This document shows positions 15,501-27,500 of a stretch of DNA of 64,000 nt, one piece after another (the first letter of the stretch is position 1; the number at the start of each line of letters is the position of its first letter). Made by a program: the position numbers and the translations under genes. The stretch spans positions 81,158,001 through 81,222,000 of the forward strand of contig NC_092355.1 of NCBI RefSeq assembly GCF_963676685.1, read 5' to 3'. The notes under the pieces were generated by a model that saw only the letters and a program-made list of their open reading frames with translations, was not told the origin of the DNA and made no database searches. Source of the DNA: Mytilus edulis (Eukaryota).

Positions 15501-18500
15501 TCATTTTTAAAGGCAGTGCTTTAAGGCCTGACTTTCAAGTCATGAGGTTAATCTTTTCATACGCAATCTATGCAGGGGGTCTTTTGGCCAGAAAAAGATC
15601 CGGAAATGTTCGAATTTCTCCTCTTCTTTTTATGGTATGATATGGTTTTTGTTTCTTTCATTTACATTGGGGACTAAAGAAACGATCAGTGTGTATTGTT
15701 CGTTTTATAGAACTTGTTATTAATGTGTATTTTGCATTATAAGCAGTCAACCTGACTACAAACTATCATTATATGTATTCCGTGTGGAAAGAGGTCGGGT
15801 CAATTTTGAGTGTTATCTGAGATCTAAAGATTTTTTAATTAGTTCAGACGTTGATATAACAATGAAAAGTCGACTGAACATGATTAATATTGCATCTTCT
15901 ATAATTCAAAGCGGAATTCAGTTTATAAACGAAAAACCGTAAAGCGTTTTCAATTTCGGTATTAGTTATGTATGTTGTCTACGTATTATCCTGGTTCCCG
16001 GTACTACGTTCCGGGTATTAGCTATTTGATATATCTGATGTGTAACATTACGATCAGGTACCAGCCAATCTACGTGTGTATGTGTACATGATTTCCCGCC
16101 AAAATGACCGACTTACAGCTATGGAAAAATAGTCCATAAACGTTCCGTATAATGATATGCAAATTCATAATTAATCGTAACTTTTTTTATCTTTATATAA
16201 TAAATATAACAAAATGGATTCCACAAAATTGAAAATAGCATTATTTTACGAGGATTTCTAATATTTTTTTCACTTCCGGGCGCAGTAATACGTATGTTTT
16301 GAAGGAGCTCGAAGAAATTGACAAAGTGAATTGAGAAGGAAACGGATAGATATACGTCCTTGCTATCAGGTAAAACAATTTAAATGTACAGAAAAAACAC
16401 ATTTACTTCACACAAATAGTACAGGCTGAAGCATTTTATTGTCTTATACACGACTGTAGTCTAGTGTTTAAACGACGGCGGTGACCTACAAGGTACGGGT
16501 CATACTGGGTCAAGTCTAAATATGTAAACATATCCACGTGCTATTAGGTAGAAAGCATCGTAATGCAATATCTGCAATTTTTTCCTCCTTTATACATCGT
16601 TTAACCAGATATATTTCTCTTTCAAATACACTTAAACACGGGTTGTATGTACGTATCTTTTCTAGTGTTTTCTTGTCCTTTAATATTAAAGTTCATTTGT
16701 TGATGTTTAAATATTTTTGAACGACTGAACACAGGAGTGAATGAATGCAACAATGATATATACTGAAGACTTGGGCTGTACAATGATAGTGTACGTATAT
16801 CATACTGATAATTATTCTAGCAGTAATTATGTTAATTTAGGATGTAATGACAGGAATTCATGAGCTATGCCTCAGGCTTTCTGAAAAAATATCAATGACA
16901 ATGTAAACAGGAACAAAACATTGACACGAATGATGCTCTCTTCTATGTTATAGTTATTTAGGTATGTGTGTTGCACAAGTTTCAAAAAAACTTAAGTTAT
17001 TAAACTTTTTTTCAGGGCACAAACCCACTTTAAAGAGACTTGTCTACTGCCATACCAATCCTATTTTCATGCACCATTTGCAAGCAAGAGACTGAATGGT
17101 TTGCAAAATTAAAAATCAGGACGGTGTCCAATTAAACCAAAAGAACTAAACTGGATGAATATTGTAGGAGAAATCTAGAGGAAAGTTTTGATTTGTGAAA
17201 TTGGTTTTCCTGAAAAGTCATTCATCCTAGCCTGCAGAAAGGAACTATAACTGTCCACCACCAACTGACGAGCTAATGTTGAGCTTCACATATGGAATTA
17301 CTCAAATACCATCAATGTCTATGTTTTCAGCACAGATTTCACAAGTTATGACACAGCTGTGCTTTTTTTTTATACCTGTTAAAGAGTTGTATACTAAATT
17401 TTATTTTTTTTATCAATAAATATATCTTGTGTCTTTTAAGAACTTGTATTTTGCCAAAAGATGCATACTAGTGAATGAAAGTGGTGCAGTTCATTTTGCT
17501 TTGGTATATAGAATTGAATTACAATTGTTCATGTTATTGGAATGCATATAAAAATAAGGAGATGTGGTACAATGTATATACATGATATTTAGTGAGTTTA
17601 TCAAGCAAAAGTGAATAAGAAATAGGTATAAGCAGTTACAGGTACTACTGTACAATCTCAAACAATGAGAAAAACTCATACCGTAAAGAGAATTTCATAT
17701 TTACAAGTAAGTTTTGTTTTTGCGTTGAATAATTTTCTTCTATTGTTTTAATTGCAAATATGGGAAGTGGTTAAAATGCTAATGAGACAGCTGTTATGGC
17801 CACAGAGCCTTAATTGAAAACTTCTTTTTCATTCATACCGGTAGATTTTGCCTGGAGTTAGAAACATATCTGCCAACTTTTCAAAATGCACATGGGGGTT
17901 TTACGTGAAAGATTGTTCATATAGTCATACAAAACCTACAAGGGGGCCTTCAAATGGAAGCAGGACAAGTCGCCCCACTGGCTAATCGCCCAACCACCAC
18001 AAACTGATTTATCAAATCGCCCCACATGTGAAATTGGTTAAATCATGTTAAATATTACTCCTGCCAACCCGCCCTACTTATAAAAAAACGGTAATATTTA
18101 GATTAATATAAATTGTATCATAATGCAATATAAGGAATTTAACTTATATTCAACGGGATAACATCTTTTTCCATAAGTGGGGAGAGTGGCAAGACCTTTT
18201 CAGCTTTTGGTCTTCGGTGCTGTCTGGCTTTGTGCCTTTTTCACTTTCGATCTTTTATATCTGGGCGTTATGTATTCGGGTTTAGTTTTCTGTAATTAGT
18301 TAATACTTCAGTTTCTTTATGTATATCTCTTTCATATTCATTTGATAAAATTTACTGTTTGCAATAGCATGAATTGTTCTATATAATAAGAATGTTCTTA
18401 TCCCGGGCATAAAAACAATGCCGTATTTGGCGAAACCTTTTCAACTTTTTATCTCCAGTGCTGTACAACTTTGTACTTTTTTCTCTTTCGATCTTTTATA

Positions 18501-21500
18501 TCTGGGCGTCACTTGTAAGTCCTTTGTGGACAAGGCGCGTTTTTGGCGTATTGAATTTTAAACCTGATGCTTTTTGTTATCTATTAATCATGTTTTTCTT
18601 TGTCTAATATGTTCTCCTATTTATTTGTATTGTAGTCCTGTAATATGTTGTCATTTCAATGTTATATTTAACTTTGCCATTAAAGTGCGAGGTTTGGCAT
18701 GCCACAAAACCAGGTTCAACCCACCACTTTTATTCCCTTTAAAAGTGTCCTGTACCAAGTCAGGAAGATGGCCATTGTTTTATTATTGTTCGTTTCTGTG
18801 TGTGTTGCATTTTAACGTTGAGTCGTTTGTGTTTTCTCTTATTTTTGAGATATTGAGATCAGACGTGGCACGGTACTTGTCTATCCCTCATTCATGTATT
18901 TGGTTTTCATGTTATATTTGTTATTCTCGTGGTGTTTTGTCTGATGCTTGGTCCGTTTCTGTGTGTGTTACATTTCGGTGTTATGTCGTTGTTCTCCTCT
19001 TATATTTAATGCGTTTCCCTCGGTTTTAGTTTGTTACCCCGATTTTGTTTTTTGTCCCTGGATTTATGAGTTTTGAACAGCGGTATACTACTGTTGCCTT
19101 TATTTGGCATTACTAAATTCATGCTGGTTAATAATATATTTATCTAGATTTCACTGATTTCCATTAGGTGGGACCAGTTGGCAGGAGTAATATTAACGGA
19201 ATTTAACTTATATACAACGGGATAACATCTTTTTACATGAGTGGGGCGAGTTGGCATTAGTAAATTCTTCCTGGTTAATAATATATTTATCTAGATCTTA
19301 TCGTTTTCTATAAGTTGGGGCAAGTTGGCAGGAGTAATATTAAGGGATATAACACATTTCACAAGTGGGGCGATTTGGTTATCCAGGTTGGGGCAGTTTT
19401 TTTTTAAAGTGGGGCGAGTTAGTGAAAAAGTGGGGCTATTTGCTAATGGGGCGATTTGTCATGGATTCCCTTCAAATATATTCTAATGTGGATTTTGGCT
19501 TCTTCGTGCATAAACAAGCTCATTGCCATTGTTGAATTAATTGTTTTCTTTAAAATAGTCGACAAAATTGCTCTTACAAAATTTCCATTTGGGAGCCTCG
19601 AGCTCGATGGGGGAAATACTCTGCAAATACTGACAGTTGGCAGGTATGGTCATCAAAAAAGTTGATGTGTTACTATGTACATTTACCATTATGTTACTTG
19701 ATGTTCTTGCTATACACACAGTACAGAGACTAGTCAATCTTTGTGAACTTCTTTTTATGGGAGTCATAGAATATGCGTATACAATCAATAATTAAAAATA
19801 GTCTATTTATATTGAAAAGGAAAAGTTCTTATATGTCTAAAGAAGAGGGACGAAAGACACATAAGGGACAGTCAAACTCATAAATTTAAAGCAAACTGAC
19901 AAGGCCATGGCTAAAAATGCATTTCATGGCGAGGCACAGAAAATATACTGTAAACAGTAGACTATAGATATAGGTGAACTAGGTACAAAAGAACTCTAAA
20001 TCTTAAATTCTACAAACCACCTCTGTTCTATGGAAGATAATGATATAACTGGACTAGAAATACACACAACCTGTAATTAACTGCCTTTACAGCGCTTTCG
20101 CGCTTTGATTTTTAATGGAGTGTTTCTGGGGACAAATTTGTGGTCAATTTTGATTTTGACAATTTCAACCGAAAATTCTGTTCAGATTTGTGGCCCTTGG
20201 TTTCTTTAACGATGGTGCCAATAAATACAATAAATCCTAGTTAGTGTCACCTTGACAGTTTCTTGTGATTATTATTTCACTGATTTGAATTTTAAAAAAG
20301 GAAATATTCTTTTTTCAGCAATATTATCAAAAGTGAGCAAGTTTGACCTATATACAGACCAGGTTGTTGTTGCTATGGAGACAGGAGACAAGAATCATGG
20401 GATTACAGGGAGTTTAGATTGGTTGTCATTAGAAACTAATTTTAATCACAATAAAATAGGTAGGGTTTATAAAAGAGTAGATTTTTGTTAAGTTTGCTAC
20501 GCTTGGTTCTTTTAAAATTCCATAATTGATAAGAATAAATAGACATGAGGTTTACATCACTGAGACAGCAACCTAGTAACACAAAGAACATCTGGAGGTC
20601 AATATACTGTTTACTGAGACAGCAACCTAGTAACACAAAGAACATCTGGAGGTCAATATACTATCTACAATAACCTAGTAACACAAAGAACATCTGGAGG
20701 TCAATATACTGTTTACATCACTGAGACAGCAACCTTGTAACACAAAGAACATCTGGAGGTCAATATACTGTCTACAGCCTAGTCACACAAAGAACATCTG
20801 GAGGTCAATATACTGTTTACAATAACCTAGTAACACAAAGAACATCTGGAGGTCAATATACTGAGACAGCAACCTAGTAACACAAAGAACATCTGGAGGT
20901 CAATACACTGTCTACAATAACCTAGTAACACAAAGAACATCTGGAGGTCAATATACTTGTCAAGTATTAGCCGCTGTACATTTACTAAGTAACTAACGTC
21001 ACTAATGTTACCTATTGTTTACGTTGTCTATTGTTTACGTAACGTTGCCTTGTGTGCAACGTCTCATAACTTGAATACAATTTGATATGAACACAACGCC
21101 TTTCATTACTAACCCTAAAGCGAAGTACTAACCACAAGAAACACGATACACGATAATACTGTCTACAATAACCTAGTAACACAAAGAACATCTGGAGGTC
21201 AATATACTGTCTACAATAACCTAGTAACACAAAGAACATCTGGAGGTCAATACACTGTCTACAATAACCTAGTAACACAAAGAACATCTGGAGGTCAATA
21301 TACTTGTCAAGTATTAGCCGCTGTACATTTACTAAGTAACTAACGTCACTAATGTTACCTATTGTTTACGTTGTCTATTGTTTACGTAACGTTGCCTTGT
21401 GTGCAACGTCTCATAACTTGAATACAATTTGATATGAACACAACGCCTTTCATTACTAACCCTAAAGCGAAGTACTAACCACAAGAAACACGATACACAA

Positions 21501-24500
21501 TATTGGTGCCGTGACCCATGGAGAAATTAAAAGCAATTCGTGGTGGTCACCGTAGTGCAGTTACAAGATTAATTAATAGAACAAAGGAAAGAATTTCGCA
21601 AGAAGATATTGGACATGAAGAACTTTCGGCTGCCGCAGACAACCTTACAAAGAAGAGGAACCTGCTTGAATCTTTAGACTCACAGATCTTAGATGGAACC
21701 GAATTAGAAGACATGGAACAAGAAATTCTTGACGCGGACGATTATGCAATGAATATGGAAGTCGCCATTCGCCGATTCAAGGACATAGTTTCTGGAAACA
21801 AAACAACCCCATTTCAGCAAACGGTGAGTGAAACAACTTATGTTCCAATAGCCAATACACTTGATTCATCAAATTTTCCGTCAACAAGTATTGCAAATCA
21901 TAATTCAAACCATTCAGAAAATGTATTTACCGTAGATAATAACTCCGTTTATACGAATGCAAACCCAACAACAGCAACAAACTTCTATCACAAACTACCT
22001 AAGCTTGATTTACCGAGTTTTACGGGAGATATATTAACATGGCAGACATTTTGGGAATCGTTTGAGACAACCATTCATCACAATCCCTCTTTGACAAATA
22101 TACAAAAGTTCAGCTATCTCAAATCTCAGGTTCACAGTGAAGCCGCACAATGCATATCCGGTTTATCTCTATCAAACGCCAACTATGAACACGCAATCAT
22201 ATTGTTAAAGGAGAGGTATGGACAGACACAAACCATTATAAACGCATACATGCAGAATCTACTTGAACTTACGCATCCGTCACTTACGCCGCACAGCATA
22301 AGAGTATTTTACGATAAAATGGAATCGTGCATAAGGGGATTAGAGTCGCTCGGACAATCGCAAGACACATTCGGATCACTTTTAGTACCAATCATATTTG
22401 GAAAGTTGCCCGACGAAATGAAAAAACTCATGACCAGAGAAAACGGAAAACGAAATTGGGATATAAGGTCCCTTAGAGAAGCAATCGGCAAAGAGATGTA
22501 CGTACAGGAAACTGGTAATTCAGATAAATTAGACAGTTTCACACCCACAGCGTCATTTCACACAACAGTTGAACCCAAAATCACTACAAGACCTCAATAT
22601 TCAATAAATCAGTTCAAACCCAAAACCTGTATTTATTGCAAACAATCGCATTCTTCAGTCGAATGTACCAGTGTAGTAGACAGAGAAAGCCGCTTAGCTA
22701 TCATTGAACAGAAAAAAGTATGTTACAGTTGCTTTGGAAGTCATAAAGTTTCAGAATGCCGCTCGCGTTTTAGATGCAGAAAATGTGATAACAAGCACCA
22801 CCCTAGTCTTTGTGACAGTAATAAGAATCAAGAAAAGGAAAGCGTAAGCGTAAGTACAGCAAAATATTTACCGCAAAACACCATAGTAAGTACAGTAGAG
22901 AGCAAAAATGATGCATTAACATGTTACACGTCGACATTGAACATTAAACCAAGGACAGACATTTTATTAAAGACAGCCATTTCACCAGTTTGGGTAGATG
23001 ACAGGTCAGCTACCGCTAATATTCTTTTAGATGAAGGATCTCAGAAGTCGTTTATTAGCGAGGAATTAGCCGCTGAATTGCAATTAAAACCGAATGGAAC
23101 CTCGACAGTTAGCCTAGCAGCATTTGGAGATGAAAACAGAAATATACGATATTTGGACATTGCCGTAATAGATTTACAAACTCAGAATGGGAAGAAAATA
23201 CCAATGGAAGTATTTATTGTCCCTACTATCGCAGCCCCATTACACAATCGCATGCCATACAATGCTGCTAATCTGCCTTACCTCAGTGGACTTACATTAG
23301 CGCACCCTGTGAGCGACATGGATAAATTCAGGATTTCATTTTTAATAGGTTCGGATTACTACTGGGATATCGTAGAAGACACAGTTATCCGAGGACCAGG
23401 CCCGACCGCAGTAGAATCAAAACTCGGATACCTACTTTCTGGACCAATGAAAGACTCAGCTGGACCCACATCCTCATCTTTCATGTTACAACACAAGACA
23501 GAAGAAGTCGATTTGAAACGTTTTGGGAAAATCGAATCAATGGGAGAAGTATCTGACAATTCAATGAAATTTAACAAAGACTACTTTGAGACGTATCATT
23601 CAAAAAGCAACACAATGAAGAACAATGGTAGGATTCACACATTTAGCAGGGAACCAGGAATAATGAAAATCCACGGAGACAGAGCACCGAGTAAAACTGA
23701 AGCCAAGCTAAAGATTCAAACATGGACTTAATACTTTCATGACAATATACTTACTGGTATCAAGTGCGCCGTAATTTTGATAATGATCATAGTGAATAGA
23801 CAGTTTAACAATTTCTATTTATTTACATGGACTTTAAATAGTTAATTATCATTTCACACTTTGTATGTTAATTTCTTTTTCATAATTTTAGATTAATTTT
23901 CACTTTTCGGCGCCCCCAGTGTCAAGTATTAGCCGCTGTACATTTTACTAAGTAACTAACGTCACTAATGTTACCTATTGTTTACGTTGTCTATTGTTTA
24001 CGTAACGTTGCCTTGTGTGCAACGTCTCATAACTTGAATACAATTTGATATGAACACAACGCCTTTCATTACTAACCCTAAAGCGAAGTACTAACCACAA
24101 GAAACACGATACACGATAATACTGTCTACAATAACCTAGTAACACAAAGAACATCTGGAGGTCAATATACTGTCTACAATAACCTAGTAACACAAAGAAC
24201 ATCTGGAGGTCAATACACTGTCTACAATAACCTAGTAACACAAAGAACATCTGGAGGTCAATACACTGTCTACAATAACCTAGTAACACAAAGAACATCT
24301 GGAGGTCAATATACTATCTACAATAACCTAGTAACACAAAGAACATCTGGAGGTCAATTACTATCTACAATAACCTAGTAACACAAAGAACATCTGGAGG
24401 TCAATACACTGTCTACAATAACCTAGTAACACAAAGAACATCTGGAGGTCAATATACTATCTACAATAACCTAGTAACACAAAGAACATCTGGAGGTCAA

Positions 24501-27500
24501 TATACTGTTTACAACCTAGTAACACAAAGAACATCTGGAGGTCAATATACTGTTAACAACAACCTAGTAACACAAAGAACATCTGGAGGTCAATACACTG
24601 TTTACAACAACAAAAAATGACATAACAATATTCCAAGCACTTAATTTAACCTGATTCAGAAAAGTAATTAATGAATTTTTGAATTTCAAAAATCTGCTAT
24701 CAAAATCAGAGGTAACAAGAAATAACTAAAGGCAACCATTGAAAAGGACACGAGAAGTTATCTTATAAACATTGATATCACAGCAACTCACAAAGTAAAC
24801 ATTTTACATACAAACAATTTCTTTTAATCTGTTACTTATTGCATATAACTTCTATTCTATTTTTTTAAACTCTGTAATTTGAATTTTATTTTAAAAAGTT
24901 TTAAAATTTTATACAATGTATATGAATTACTTGACTGTTGTCCAATGCCATGCCATCATTTTACTTCAGATTCAAATTTTGTTCTACTATATGGATTCAG
25001 TTATTTTCATTGATCCATCTTGAGTTTAATTTTTCTATTAAAAACTTTCAGGAAAAACTATGGAAGTTTACATTAATATGCACCTGAAGAATGCTACAGT
25101 GAAAACTTCATTTGAGAAGCTATCAAGGACATTGATCCAGCCGTTTGGTATTACCATAGAAACAGATATACAGCTTTACAGTGACATTGATGAAGATGTC
25201 ACAACACCTAGATCAGTTGTTACCCTGACAACAGGACTGCTGTCTGTTTTGATTGGACAAGAGCATATCATGTGCTTTGATAAAATTTTGAAAGAGCTTG
25301 CTGCACTTGTTCCTGTAAGTATTTTTTTTTTTAGGAAAACCTCCATTCCAAAGAGAGAGGTATTCTGGTTTATATCTGTTCTTCTATCCCATGAAATTCA
25401 AGTCAAATGTTTCTCAGGAACTGTGAATCAGGGCTTCCTTAATTTTTGTGTTTCATGTGAGCATGCTGTCATGTGTAATTAACTTTCACATTAATTGTTT
25501 ACCAACTCCCTCTTCATAGAATACTTTTATGGGGGAGGGGAAGATAGCTCATACAGTTCAACTTAATTGAATACCAAAGAAACTCGCTTTTTAATAGTTT
25601 ATGAGTAAAGATTTATGTTTTTTTTAAATTTGCGGTTTTTGATAAAATGTACACAAAAATAAATTTGCATCTAGAATAGGAAATATTTTTTCAAGACAAA
25701 ATACACTTTATAGAATCTTATACAGAAATTCAGTTAACACAGTCTGGCATAAAAATGTTCAAAATATAATTCTAGAAAAAATCTAAGGGAGATAAACCTG
25801 ATACAGGGGAAACAGAAAGTAAGAAGACTGGTACTAGATCATTTACTACAGACCAAACTCAAGATGATCTAAGACAGGGTCAGTTCAATTATGTCATCGA
25901 CCAAGGTATGTTCATTTATATACGAATCAGACAATGATTAAAGTTATGAATATAGAAATAAGTAGATATTGTACGATTGCCTATGAGACAGCTTTCCTCC
26001 AGACCCCAAAAGTCAGCAACATAAGGTCACCATATACATCAATAATGAGCAAAATCCATGCCTCATAGCAAGATATAAAATGTCTAAATATGACCAAAAC
26101 AATTCAAAAAAGAAGAAAAATTACCTGATTTATGTATAAACAATTATAAACAACAAATAATTTAAGGAAAATACTCATAGCATACTCATACAAGTTTATG
26201 AAAATGTAGTTAATTGGGTTATACTTTAAATTGTGTTCTCAATTTGTAAAAAGATTTATTGGTAATCTCTATTTCAATTCATTAAATGACTGCAATCAGT
26301 GATCGGGAAGGAAGTGCGCCCTGCGCCTATAGCGCATATTGACCAGAAATGGCGCATAGAGTGACTTATGTAAGCGCCCACGTGGCGCACGATATTTTTC
26401 ACTTCGTTTCGAAACGTTTAAATATCATCAACATGGATTAACGATCGTATTCCGTGCAGCCATGTGTGTGTACACAACTGTGTAATGTTCCTCCAATGAT
26501 AGGAGCACCTATATATTTTTGGGACGTCTCGGGTGTTTTCATATGACATTAGACATTATTTTTATTATACCAATCATGGGCACTTGTCGGGCAAGATACA
26601 AAAACATCATAATACAATGATTATATAAACATTAGTGAAATACACAATAAGTAATACATAAATAATAAATTGATAATATGAACAATGTAGGATATAATTA
26701 TGGTCAGAGGCATTGAGTTTAATGAGGCCGATTTAATATTAAAAGAATATGATATAAAGTTTATTAATACGGAAACAAAAAAGTAAAAAAAGTAAAATTA
26801 GAACAGGGAATATAGTATCTTATTCTGCAGTAGTTCTCCTCATGACCAGTGCACAGCAGTGAGGGACTTTTACATCACAACAATGCAAAGGTCATCAAGG
26901 GGAGATCCTTCAGATCCTTCATATGTTTTCATATGGTAATAATAGAACCATGCGGTACAACTGATTACCCAAAAAACGTAATTAACCATCATTCATGGTA
27001 TGATTTTTCATAAATAACTTTAAATTTGTGAAATTTGGCTAGTACAGACAAGATTTATCTCTAATTATAATCTTTTAAATAAGTTTAGCTTGCTATTATT
27101 TTGATTAAAAAAAAACAAAGCTTTTTTATGAATATATTTTTTGTCTCCATAAAAGGCGCGTAACTGTCCTTGTCACTTTTTGGTCTTTGGCTCGTTTTGA
27201 CATTTTGTAAACATGCCTTCAACAAATAGTTGTTTTGTTCTATCATTTAATGATACTCTCTACTGTTATTATTGTCAATGTGATGAAGTAATAATAACAC
27301 AAGAAGTGCAGAGGATATGCCAGAAACGTCCTCTAATACGGAACGTTGGAATAAGTATGGTATCGATGAAGACCCAAATTTAATGTAAAAAAAACATGAA
27401 CATGAACAAGACAACAATACCAGTTTAAACATTGTAAATAAAGGTTATCTTAAATATTGTCTGGTTTGGAAGAACTCATTTTATATTCTTTGAAATTGAA

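Larger units (their letters stand above)
21305..24118 (+). mobile_element. BEL/Pao LTR retrotransposon, non-autonomous (Gag-protease only)
   Basis: LTRs 21305-21502 and 23920-24118 (2 differences seen), 5-bp TSD ATACT, PBS TGGTGCCGTGACCC, single 737-aa ORF. Confidence 0.92.
20550..24606. repeat. ~48-bp minisatellite hosting the BEL/Pao insertion
   Basis: acaataacctagtaacacaaagaacatctggaggtcaatatactgtct units at 20550-20957, 21156-21304 and 24119-24606. Confidence 0.92.

Noticed and set aside
18574-19029. 151-aa hydrophobic ORF
   Set aside because: Lies in a T-rich dispersed repeat, starts at a non-ATG codon and has no domain signal.
20543-20597. Extra VPS13B exon at the start of the 48-bp array (ag|ACATGAGG...TGGAG|gtcaat)
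   Set aside because: Poor polypyrimidine tract, and a phase 1 to 2 exon would break the frame; exon 12 already splices in phase to exon 13.
21504-21517. tRNA gene
   Set aside because: Only a 14-nt complement to a tRNA 3' end (PBS); no cloverleaf.
21518-23731. Domesticated Gag gene
   Set aside because: Flanked by near-identical LTRs, PBS and TSD, indicating a recent mobile insertion.
20442-24298. Minus-strand ORFs with MFFVLLGYCRQ repeats
   Set aside because: Translations of the 48-bp minisatellite and LTR antisense.
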